A stretch of DNA of 64,000 nucleotides, from IMG/VR virus record IMGVR_UViG_3300045988_098886. The stretch is one strand, 5' to 3'. The notes beneath the pieces are model-generated. The model worked only from the letters and a program-made list of their open reading frames with translations. It was not told the origin of the DNA and ran no database searches. Within the stretch, counting starts at the first letter, position 1; every line of letters begins with the position of its first letter. Below are positions 7,440 to 15,000 of the stretch, piece after piece. This stretch comes from a virus. Position numbers and translations under genes: made by a program.

Positions 7440-7987
7440 TGGACCTGGGCGGAGTCGAACCGCCGTCCAAACAAAGTCCAATAATAGAATTTTACGTGTG
7501 TCTCTATTTTATTACATCAGCTGTTGAGTTCAGCATGTAGATAGTTTTACTAAGAAGCTGAGTGTTAATTCACCAATTACGTCTCCTCGTAAGGCTACGA
7601 CTTAGTTGTTCACAAACTACCAAACTGGGCTTGACCGAACGGTCGCTCCACCACTCCATTTACGTTGGAGAACGGATGATGTTTAGAGATTCGTCACACC
7701 TCATGGACCACATCTTCCATCTGCTTTATGACATTAGGAGATTTCAGCTTTACTAACCTTTGGCGTTCAAGTTAAGTGGGCTGCTCTATAATGCTTCTTC
7801 CCACACCTCTTCTGTTTCTAGGTCTCTCCCATTAACCCGACTTAGAGCTAATTTAATAGATAAGCCAGCAGCTTAGGCTGCCATTCTTACATCGCTTCTT
7901 TCAGCATTTATTGTTTTCCTTCGTTTACAGAGATTGCGCTCTACACGTTCTATTACCTTCTCTATGCTGTCAAAACCATACAGGCCC
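7440..7987 (-). ncRNA. ssrA: tmRNA (SsrA-like), about 548 nt
   Basis: 5' GGGCCUGUAUGGUUUUGACAGC and 3' GGAC-GGCGG-UUCGACU-CCGCC-CAGGUCC-A form a tRNA-Ala-like domain with a G3-U70 pair. The internal tag ORF is GCU GAA AGA AGC GAU GUA AGA AUG GCA GCC UAA (AERSDVRMAA). It is preceded by the A-rich AACAAUAAAU, and the stop codon sits in the loop of a GCAGC/GCUGC hairpin. Confidence 0.75.
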
Positions 7988-8118
7988 AGATAAAAGAAAG
8001 TAAGCCTTGGCATAGCAGGTGCTAGTAGGTGGCTATCCAAACTAACTATGCTGTACTTACGTTTTGTCCCGTTATTCTGTTTCTAGGATAACTAGCTTAC
8101 CCCATTAAGAAGAGATTC

Positions 8119-8424
8119 TTAGTCCTCTTTGTATTCAGCGTTCAATTCTTCAATGACTTCGTTGAGTTTATCAAGAATCAACTGACAATCGTCTTCCTCA
8201 ATCTTTGAGTCAACAATCTTTTCAATGATTTCTTTTGAACGTTCAGAATCGACATCATCGTCACCGAGAGATAAAAGTAATCTTTCTGTGCGGTCAGCAG
8301 AGGCCGCTTTGTCTTCTTCAGCATTTGCCTTTGCTAATCCAAGTACTGATAATATACGTTTCTCTCTGGCTTCTGCCAATGATTTACCTGTTTTCTTTTG
8401 TAAAATTGCTGATAATTTTTTCAT
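8119..8424 (-). CDS. hypothetical acidic coiled-coil protein (101 aa)
   Basis: ORF on the coding strand; Glu/Asp/Lys-rich. Confidence 0.6.
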   Translation of the reverse strand: MKKLSAILQKKTGKSLAEAREKRILSVLGLAKANAEEDKAASADRTERLLLSLGDDDVDSERSKEIIEKIVDSKIEEDDCQLILDKLNEVIEELNAEYKED

Positions 8425-8448
8425 GATGAAATATTTATTTGTTAATAT

Positions 8449-8778
8449 TTAAAACCTTACTTTAGCTTTTAAAGCTTTTTTGGCTTTTCTGTGATGAATT
8501 GGGAGTAGCATCCAAGCCATCCATGACCAACCACTTCCATTTCTATCTAGCACATCAATATCGAGATGATATAAATCTCTTCCAGAATAATGTGTATCCT
8601 TTCTAATGATTGTTGCAACTTTACCACAATATTTTTGCATTTCTAAGGTAAAGCACACTGCTTCTCCACAATAATCTGCACGATACTTAAAGATTTCTTT
8701 ACAATCTTTTCTAATATAGACTTTATCTCCTATCTCAAACTTTTGGAGATTTCCTTTTTCATTTCCTGGGTCTTCCAT
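8449..8778 (-). CDS. hypothetical protein, paralog of 8781-9065 (C-terminal KAKVRF)
   Basis: Shares the layout GDKVYI...W..W.LLP...KAKVRF-stop with its neighbour. The 3' ends carry an identical 16-nt stretch. Confidence 0.6.
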   Translation of the reverse strand: MEDPGNEKGNLQKFEIGDKVYIRKDCKEIFKYRADYCGEAVCFTLEMQKYCGKVATIIRKDTHYSGRDLYHLDIDVLDRNGSGWSWMAWMLLPIHHRKAKKALKAKVRF

Positions 8779-8780
8779 AA

Positions 8781-9065
8781 TTAAAATCTTACTTTAGCTT
8801 TTATGATTCTCCTTCTACTTTTGTTTTCAATACCTCGCATTGGGAGCCATACATATGAGTACTTACCATTAATGTCTTTGTATTTAACATATACGGAATT
8901 ATCTTTGTTATCTACGTCAAATATTTCGACATTTTTGTTTGCAACTCCTTCAAAGAAGTCTCTGTCCATAACAAAGTTCTCTTCGATTAAGTGATTATCA
9001 GAAGAGTTTTCATCAAACCATCCTAGTGATTTGACTTTTACTCTTTGTCCAGCTTTAAATACCAT
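8781..9065 (-). CDS. hypothetical protein, paralog of 8449-8778 (C-terminal KAKVRF)
   Basis: AGQRVKV...YVWLPMRG...IIKAKVRF-stop; tandem with 8449-8778. Confidence 0.6.
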   Translation of the reverse strand: MVFKAGQRVKVKSLGWFDENSSDNHLIEENFVMDRDFFEGVANKNVEIFDVDNKDNSVYVKYKDINGKYSYVWLPMRGIENKSRRRIIKAKVRF

Positions 9066-9236
9066 GATATTATGTTTTTAGTTAATAATGTTCGTCCTAT
9101 CTGTATTTATAGAGGCTTTAGACTCTCATACCTTTAAAGATATGGCTACATTAAACGGATGATTTGCCCTGTATTCACATACAAGACAAATCTTTACTAA
9201 TAATTTTAAAAAATGAAGTAACAACATGAATTCTTG

Positions 9237-9311
9237 AGGGAATGAAGAGATTCGAACTCTCAACCTTACCGTTCGTAGCGGTATGCTCTAATCCAATTGA
9301 GCTACATTCCC
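9237..9311 (-). tRNA. tRNA-Arg (ACG)
   Basis: GGGAAUG-UA-GCUC-AAUUGGAUUA-GAGC-A-UACCG-CUACGAA-CGGUA-AGGUU-GAGAG-UUCGAAU-CUCUU-CAUUCCC-U. Confidence 0.9.
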
Positions 9312-9729
9312 AACCAGCGGATTTCCCGCTTTGTCATATTAGTTTTATAAATGGTTGTAATGGTTACCAACCCGGCTGGATTTCGTCTTGGCCTTCGACT
9401 ACTTGGAATAATAAGTTTGCATGTAAAGCTTCCCTCTTCGCTCAATTTACTAGGCTGCCGTCCTAACCCTAACTCTTCTTATCGGGTATGCAATTATTCC
9501 TTTCTCATTACCACTATCTTGGAAATATAAATACACCGCTTTCATAATACTGTTTCATCCATAAACATCGTTGTTTAGCGGGCTGTATTATTAAATAGTA
9601 TGATAGTCAGTTTCTATCAGAGTGTTGCGCACCACTCAACAGTGTATTGAAAGTCATACAAGGCCTGACTTCCTTATTGGCACAGTTTATAAATATAATG
9701 TATAACTAAAATACGGAATTGATTATGAT
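9312..9729 (-). ncRNA. candidate structured non-coding region upstream of tRNA-Arg
   Basis: About 420 nt without a credible ORF on the coding strand. Several local hairpins appear on the minus strand (AAGUCA/UGACUU, GAUAG/CUAUC, AUAAUAC/GUAUUAU enclosing GCCCGCU with a downstream AGCGG, AGCGG/CCGCU next to the tRNA). Class unknown. Confidence 0.2.
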
Positions 9730-9996
9730 TTATTCATCAGCTTCGAGAGCTATTGGAAGAGCAGCTCTTACTGTTTGCTGCAAATCAACAGTGTTAACAC
9801 CGTTATTATTTGCATACAGATAGAGTGCATCAATAGCATCTCTGCATTCATCCCTTTCTTCTGGATTCTCTGACTGTGCAAGCTGCATTTCATAATCAAT
9901 GATACCTGCAAATGCAATTCCTGGGAGATAAGTTTTTTTGTCTTCTTCTGACATTGATTCCATTACGGAATATACTGGAAGTTCTTCAAGATTCAT
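9730..9996 (-). CDS. hypothetical acidic protein (88 aa)
   Basis: ORF on the coding strand. Confidence 0.55.
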   Translation of the reverse strand: MNLEELPVYSVMESMSEEDKKTYLPGIAFAGIIDYEMQLAQSENPEERDECRDAIDALYLYANNNGVNTVDLQQTVRAALPIALEADE

Positions 9997-10067
9997 AACT
10001 TTGTTTCTTTATGTAAGATTTGAGCTCTACTGGTGACTACAAATATCCTTTACGGAATCTTACGGTT

Positions 10068-10304
10068 TTACAATTCGTTTACTAATGCAGTTATTTCATC
10101 CTGCACATCATCAATACACTCTCGGAGATTTAACATACTGGCGAGATTTTCTTCGGATGGGTTTTCAACCCAAGCAAGTTCAGCCTTCTCTAAGTAACCA
10201 AGGAGTTTACGGCGACGTTCATTCAATTTCTCTAATCTTTCTTCAGGATGTTCTCCTTCTAAGACAAGAGCAAAAAATACTGATGTTATAACTCTTCTTT
10301 GCAT
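10068..10304 (-). CDS. hypothetical protein (78 aa)
   Basis: ORF on the coding strand; helical, charged. Confidence 0.5.
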   Translation of the reverse strand: MQRRVITSVFFALVLEGEHPEERLEKLNERRRKLLGYLEKAELAWVENPSEENLASMLNLRECIDDVQDEITALVNEL

Positions 10305-10531
10305 GATTTAGTAAATTTGGTTTTGATGTAATTAATGAACAGGATGATTGGAGATAATGCAAGTATGTTCATACAAATAGTATCGAACATATTCCAATTC
10401 CAGTGAGTGATTTCGTAGCCTGCAATATACTTGATTGCAACTCCAATTGTAGCCAGTACAATAATGATTGCGATTATTAAGCCGAGGAAAACAATCCCAG
10501 CTAATGCAACTGCCAATATATTCTTTATCAT
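10286..10531 (-). CDS. membrane protein (81 aa, 2-3 TM segments)
   Basis: ILAVALAGIVFLGLIIAIIIVLATIGVAI and ICMNILALSPIILFI are hydrophobic spans. Confidence 0.55.
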   Translation of the reverse strand: MIKNILAVALAGIVFLGLIIAIIIVLATIGVAIKYIAGYEITHWNWNMFDTICMNILALSPIILFINYIKTKFTKSCKEEL

Positions 10532-10714
10532 ATCTATCTAAGTTAATGGGTTAAAATAAAAAATAGGATATAAAAGAACTGGATTTTTCCAGAATGAGTT
10601 GATTGATTGTTGTTGTCTATATCCACCGTATTTCTGGCGGAATTTTGAAAGTGGGGAAAATCGGGAAAATAGTGGGCGATAAGCAGAGTCCTCTCGCGCT
10701 CCTATCTACCCTCC

Positions 10715-10993
10715 TCACACCGGCAAGACTCGAATTATTTCCCAAACTGTTGCTTTACTTTGCTTAAAAAGAAGTAAATACATTAAGGGAGTGTTGGGAT
10801 AACATTGTGCACAAGGGAGATATTCATTTGTCCGCATGTCACGAATCCGCTTAACCTTTTCATCTGTAACATATCCTAAGACAGTTTTAAACTGTCCAGT
10901 CTTTTTTCCATAGTGCTTCGTTGCTGTGTACATGGCTACATGCTGCTTATAGATTATAGGAGCGCTACATAAAGGATAAAAAAGGATAGTCAT
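10715..10993 (-). CDS. hypothetical protein in the GC-richer cassette (92 aa; true start may be the internal Met at MYTATKHYG)
   Basis: ORF on the coding strand; its composition differs from the surrounding genes. Confidence 0.4.
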   Translation of the reverse strand: MTILFYPLCSAPIIYKQHVAMYTATKHYGKKTGQFKTVLGYVTDEKVKRIRDMRTNEYLPCAQCYPNTPLMYLLLFKQSKATVWEIIRVLPV

Positions 10994-11027
10994 TTCTGAC
11001 TATCCTATGTGTTTACAGATTAACAGA

Positions 11028-11660
11028 TTAACGGGTAAACGGTAAATCCATATTTGCAGCCGCAAAATGACTTTTCAAATTTTCATCTTGCGACGGTTCA
11101 AAAGATTCTTTCATTATTTCGCCAATCTTTTTAAAAATTTCCTCTTTTACTTTTGGCTCAAAAGTCCACCGTTTACGAACCGTAGCCCCGTTAATGGTTG
11201 GTTGTCCGTTTTCAAACTGCAAAGAAACGACATTCTTTTGCTCAAGGGCTTGCAAAACCTGTTTGTTATCAAACCAGCCTTTCACCGTTTCGTATGCGCT
11301 TTTTCCGTTTGTACGCGAACTTCCTGCAATGATTTCAATTTGTGGCATTGCACGTACCATATCAAGCGTACACCCGTCCGGCAAATTTTCAGATTCGCAA
11401 AGGTTTGCGGTTCTTTGTACTCCTGCTATGGAAACACTACCAAATTTCACGAACTCCAAATTTTCAGGATTAAATAACATTGTCATAAATGCGCCGAAAG
11501 TCACGCCGTTTGTGCGGATTGTCTTTTCCTCAATGATAGGCAAAACAACTGTTAAGTAATTTGCTGAAAGTCCGTTATCACTTCCCGCACTTGCTGCTGT
11601 TTCCATAAACTTTTTTACCTTGTCACTGTTAGCACTCAAAACGTTAATTTTTGCTTTCAT
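11028..11660 (-). CDS. hypothetical 210-aa protein with SSB-like C-terminal DLPF tip
   Basis: Start trimmed to MKAKINVLSAN because the longer track ORF runs through a GC hairpin. The C-terminus ...HFAAANMDLPFTR resembles the D-[IL]-P-F tip of bacterial SSBs. There is no OB-fold evidence by eye. Confidence 0.5.
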   Translation of the reverse strand: MKAKINVLSANSDKVKKFMETAASAGSDNGLSANYLTVVLPIIEEKTIRTNGVTFGAFMTMLFNPENLEFVKFGSVSIAGVQRTANLCESENLPDGCTLDMVRAMPQIEIIAGSSRTNGKSAYETVKGWFDNKQVLQALEQKNVVSLQFENGQPTINGATVRKRWTFEPKVKEEIFKKIGEIMKESFEPSQDENLKSHFAAANMDLPFTR

Positions 11661-11706
11661 AATCTTTTTTTGTTTAAAATTGTTACTAAATAAAATTTCT
11701 ATATTT

Positions 11707-11725
11707 AGGCGGATTTTCACCGCCT
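11707..11725. terminator. GC hairpin AGGCGG-AUUUUCA-CCGCCU
   Basis: 6-bp GC-rich stem. The T-run (TTATTTTTT) follows it on the plus strand, while an A-run precedes it on the minus strand. It sits between two minus-strand ORFs, so its orientation and function are ambiguous. Confidence 0.3.
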
Positions 11726-11731
11726 TATTTT

Positions 11732-11875
11732 TTACAAGTTGTTAAGCATATTACAAACCGCACTTGCACCGTACAAACGTACCATTTCCAAATAGTTCGG
11801 AACGTTCGTTTTAACTTTGCTTGTTAAGTTTACGCTTACTTTCTTTGTCTCTTTGTTGTTTCTAACTGTTTTCAT
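11732..11875 (-). CDS. 47-aa basic protein
   Basis: Own translation: MKTVRNNKETKKVSVNLTSKVKTNVPNYLEMVRLYGASAVCNMLNNL. It is the first gene of the GC-richer cassette. Confidence 0.35.
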   Translation of the reverse strand: MKTVRNNKETKKVSVNLTSKVKTNVPNYLEMVRLYGASAVCNMLNNL

Positions 11876-12090
11876 GATTGTAATCTTTTTTTAAATTAGT
11901 AATTTTTCCGTTTGGAAAGAATGAAATTATTTTCATTTTTCTCCAACTACCCTCGGGGGGCGTTAGAGGGTACTCTACTCTCTCGCTTGTAGTTATTACG
12001 TAAACTCTCTCATTTGTAGATTGCACAAAAATCATTTCCCAAATTTCTCTATATAAGTCACTATATATTATTTGAATCCCGACTGGGACA

Positions 12091-12100
12091 GGGGGGGGGG
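12091..12100. repeat. G10 homopolymer
   Basis: GGGACA-GGGGGGGGGG-ACT read directly. Conspicuous in a roughly 30% GC genome and located in the divergent intergenic region. Confidence 0.9.
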
Positions 12101-12247
12101 ACTATATTTAAGTACCTATATATAATGTACGCGCGTGAAGAAGAAAATAAAAAATTTGAGTAAAAACATACATAGGCTCAAAATACTGTTCGCGAGATTT
12201 TGTCTGCCGAGAAAAACGAAGTTTTTCGAGATTACGTATAGTTCTTA

Positions 12248-12268
12248 TTAAGTATAGATTAAGTATAG
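12248..12268. repeat. tandem 11-bp repeat TTAAGTATAG(A) x2
   Basis: TTAAGTATAG at 12248-12257 and at 12259-12268. Confidence 0.8.
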
Positions 12269-12276
12269 TTAGAGTC

Positions 12277-12400
12277 CACTTTTGAAAATAATCGGTTCAC
12301 TTTTGACATCGAATGGTACATTTTTGAAAATGGTTTAGTACAATTTTGACAAACCCTTGATTTTCAGCACTTTAACAATTCTTAATGGTACAGATTTTGT
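12277..12400 (+). repeat. iteron-like direct repeats (Y)ACNNTTTTGA(A/C)A, four copies at 21-22 bp spacing plus a fifth degenerate copy
   Basis: CACTTTTGA 12277-12285; CACTTTTGA 12298-12306; ACATTTTTGA 12318-12327; TACAATTTTGA 12339-12349; TACAGATTTTGT 12389-12400. AATGGTACA precedes copies 3 and 5. Confidence 0.7.
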
Positions 12401-12418
12401 ACTATTAAAAAATTGCCG

Positions 12419-12426
12419 TATCTTTG
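12419..12426 (+). promoter_or_regulatory. Bacteroides-type -7 box TATCTTTG
   Basis: Exact TAnnTTTG, 20 nt upstream of the ATG at 12446. Confidence 0.45.
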
Positions 12427-12445
12427 TATTATTAAATAATAAGGC

Positions 12446-13171
12446 ATGGAAAATAAACCACAACACATTCAAGTTCCAAACGATATGTGTAAAGAACATA
12501 ACCTAGACCCTACTGATGTCTATGTTTACAGTTACTTGAAAACGTATATGAATAAGGATACTTATGAAGCATTTCCATCCATGGAAACACTAGCGAAAGA
12601 TGCTGGAGTGAGTAAAACTACTGTTAATAAAGCTATTAAAAATCTTGTAGCTAATGGAGACATTTCAGTTAGAAAAGAGGGAAGAAAAAATGTCTATAAA
12701 TTTAATCCCTCTTCTAAAAACTTTGAAATGTTTACATATAAATTTATGAGAGATGTTGACCTTACTTCCCAACAAAGAATATATATTATATTGACACAAC
12801 AATATATGTATAAAGATGAGGAAGGATATGGCAAGCTCACTTACTCAAACCAAGAACTTTCAGAAGAAATTGGATTAAGTGCTTCCACTATTTATAGAAG
12901 AAATAAAGAATTAGAAGATAAAGGAATATTACAAGTAATAGATACAGATAAGAAAGACCCAGAAACAGGAGTAGCAATACAATTGAAATTATTTGATTTA
13001 TCTAAAATAGCACAAGATGTACTCTTTATAAAGAAGAAACTAGAAGAACATGATAAAGAGATTAAAGAAAACAGTAAGACCATTAAGCTCTTATCTAAGG
13101 AAGTTGAAGAATTAAGAGCAGAGATAAAGAAATTGAAGGGAGATACAGAATTAAAAATGATAATGGATTAA
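12446..13171 (+). CDS. double winged-HTH DNA-binding protein (replication initiator or transcription regulator candidate) with C-terminal coiled coil
   Basis: Two HTH-like segments: METLAKDAGVSKTTVNKAIKNLVANGDISVRKEG and NQELSEEIGLSASTIYRRNKELEDKGILQV. It is the first gene downstream of the iteron-like repeats. Confidence 0.6.
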   Translation: MENKPQHIQVPNDMCKEHNLDPTDVYVYSYLKTYMNKDTYEAFPSMETLAKDAGVSKTTVNKAIKNLVANGDISVRKEGRKNVYKFNPSSKNFEMFTYKFMRDVDLTSQQRIYIILTQQYMYKDEEGYGKLTYSNQELSEEIGLSASTIYRRNKELEDKGILQVIDTDKKDPETGVAIQLKLFDLSKIAQDVLFIKKKLEEHDKEIKENSKTIKLLSKEVEELRAEIKKLKGDTELKMIMD

Positions 13172-13176
13172 TAAAA

Positions 13177-13746
13177 ATGAGTACAAAGCAAGAAGTACTT
13201 TGGATGATTGATAATTTATGTGTAACACATACAGGATTTGATACGCTTGCACTTAAAAAGATGGTAGAAAAACTTGATGATAGACATCTAATATTAGAAG
13301 AAGACAATAACGGAGTTGTTACTGCAACTATAAAAGCTTATCCAAGTCCAGCAAAGTATGTGATACAAAAAGGAAAAGTATCTTACATACAAGAATATAG
13401 TGGAGGAACTACCAAATCCGAACGCTTAATTTCTGACTTAGAATCTTTCCTAAGAGAGTTTGAAAACCCAAAACTAAAAGAGTTAATATTTGATAACTTT
13501 CAAAACAGGATTGATGATATTTATGTAGGAGTAAGAGAACATAGAAATTTGGATGTTCTAAGAGAAGAGTTTTGCCATTTACAGCAGGATATTTTAACTA
13601 AGCAATCCGAATTTAACAATAATACCGTTATTGAAGTATTAAGGAAAGCAGGATTTGAGATAACTAAAACCACTAAAGATATTATTACATGTGCAATAGA
13701 TAATTACTTAGACATTAACGTGAAAACAATAGACAATTTAGACTAA
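13177..13746 (+). CDS. hypothetical protein (189 aa)
   Basis: ORF on the coding strand, tightly packed. Confidence 0.65.
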   Translation: MSTKQEVLWMIDNLCVTHTGFDTLALKKMVEKLDDRHLILEEDNNGVVTATIKAYPSPAKYVIQKGKVSYIQEYSGGTTKSERLISDLESFLREFENPKLKELIFDNFQNRIDDIYVGVREHRNLDVLREEFCHLQQDILTKQSEFNNNTVIEVLRKAGFEITKTTKDIITCAIDNYLDINVKTIDNLD

Positions 13747-14300
13747 TGAATCCAATTATAATTATACAAGCAGACTTTATACAAGAACAAGAATTTACCT
13801 TTGATAATTTCGATGAATTAAAAGGTTATCTTAAAGGTAAAACAATTTATGTGAGAGAGGAATCTTTACAAAAAGTTAAAGACATACTAGGGCTATTGGG
13901 CCTTAGACATGAAAAACAAATGGTAGAATATCGCGAGGATACCAGTAGAGTAATCGAAGTAGACAATACTACTTATACAGTAGACTTTAGTAAGAATTAT
14001 GAAGACTATGACATTGATGGAGAGGAACTTATTGAGGATTATTATAAACTCAAAGAAGAACTTATCTACTCTATCATTCCTTGGCCCATTACTATCTCGG
14101 AAGCAAGAGAAATGAATAATCTCAAACTCTCTAAGATTCAAGCATTGGCAGAAACTATGGTAGCAGTAGTACATAATCTTGAGCTTACAGAAGACGATAT
14201 GGAAGTAGAATGGATGTTCGGAAGACATGGGATTAAGGATGCAGCCCAATTCCTTGAAGACTTAGATATCCAGCACGATAATCTTAAATATATATGGTAG
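13746..14300 (+). CDS. hypothetical acidic protein (184 aa)
   Basis: ORF on the coding strand; TAATG stop/start junction with the upstream gene (ATG follows the stop directly). Confidence 0.65.
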   Translation: MNPIIIIQADFIQEQEFTFDNFDELKGYLKGKTIYVREESLQKVKDILGLLGLRHEKQMVEYREDTSRVIEVDNTTYTVDFSKNYEDYDIDGEELIEDYYKLKEELIYSIIPWPITISEAREMNNLKLSKIQALAETMVAVVHNLELTEDDMEVEWMFGRHGIKDAAQFLEDLDIQHDNLKYIW

Positions 14301-14539
14301 AAGGAATACGTAAGTGTATTATTGAATTAAAAAATCTTGAGCAAGGGATTGAATATGCAGTGGCTGACATTAATAAAAGAAATACAGCCCTCGCATCTCA
14401 AGAACAGAACATGGTTCAATTATCATCTGAAGTTGAAACTCTTAAAAAAGAGAATGAATCTTTAAAGAAAGAAAACGAAGAACTAAAGAATAAAATAAAG
14501 GAATTGGAGAAAGATGAATCAGGAAATCAACCTAGTTGA
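14294..14539 (+). CDS. coiled-coil protein (81 aa)
   Basis: Heptad-like SEVETLKKENESLKKENEELKNKIKELEK. Confidence 0.55.
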   Translation: MVEGIRKCIIELKNLEQGIEYAVADINKRNTALASQEQNMVQLSSEVETLKKENESLKKENEELKNKIKELEKDESGNQPS

Positions 14540-14619
14540 GGAAGCTTTATATATGGATGCATACATAGTAGAAGAATGGATTTATTATTTTCCAGACATG
14601 GAAACAATATTTTTAAATT

Positions 14620-15000
14620 ATGATTAGAAACTTAAGAGAAATTATACTTAATAGAATTGCTGAAATAATCAAGGGAAATGATTATGATGAAATATATGCA
14701 ACAGGGAAAAGACCTGCATTAGAAGAATTAGAAGTATTAAATAAGTTGTTACAGAATATCTCTGAAACTGATTTAGTAAATGTTCCAGATGAGGACATCA
14801 AAGAAGGAGATGTATACAGAGTATCTGATGGCAATACTTATATTAAAGGATGCTTCGAAACTCCAGAAGTCTCAACACCTTGTAGTAAATGTTCTAACTA
14901 TCTTGAGTCTTTACGGACAGGAAAGACATTAGTATGTAACTGCACATTGGGATTACCATCTATAACTTGTACTTATGAGTATAAAAGTAACATCGAATAA
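14620..15000 (+). CDS. hypothetical Cys-containing protein (126 aa)
   Basis: ORF on the coding strand; CSKCS...CNC cluster. Confidence 0.55.
   Translation: MIRNLREIILNRIAEIIKGNDYDEIYATGKRPALEELEVLNKLLQNISETDLVNVPDEDIKEGDVYRVSDGNTYIKGCFETPEVSTPCSKCSNYLESLRTGKTLVCNCTLGLPSITCTYEYKSNIE

Noticed and set aside
7562-7756. 64-aa plus-strand ORF
   Set aside because: It lies entirely inside the tmRNA gene on the opposite strand and has no signals of its own.
7810-8087. 13-nt direct repeat TTCTGTTTCTAGG at 7810-7822 and 8075-8087, considered as possible insertion boundaries in the tmRNA
   Set aside because: One copy lies outside the tmRNA 5' end, and 13-mer coincidences are expected many times by chance in 64 kb of AT-rich DNA.
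11661-11720. 20-codon N-terminal extension of the 230-aa track ORF (MKIRLNIEILFSNNFKQKKI)
   Set aside because: The extension runs through the GC hairpin at 11707-11725 and looks non-protein-like. The start was moved to MKAKINV at 11660.
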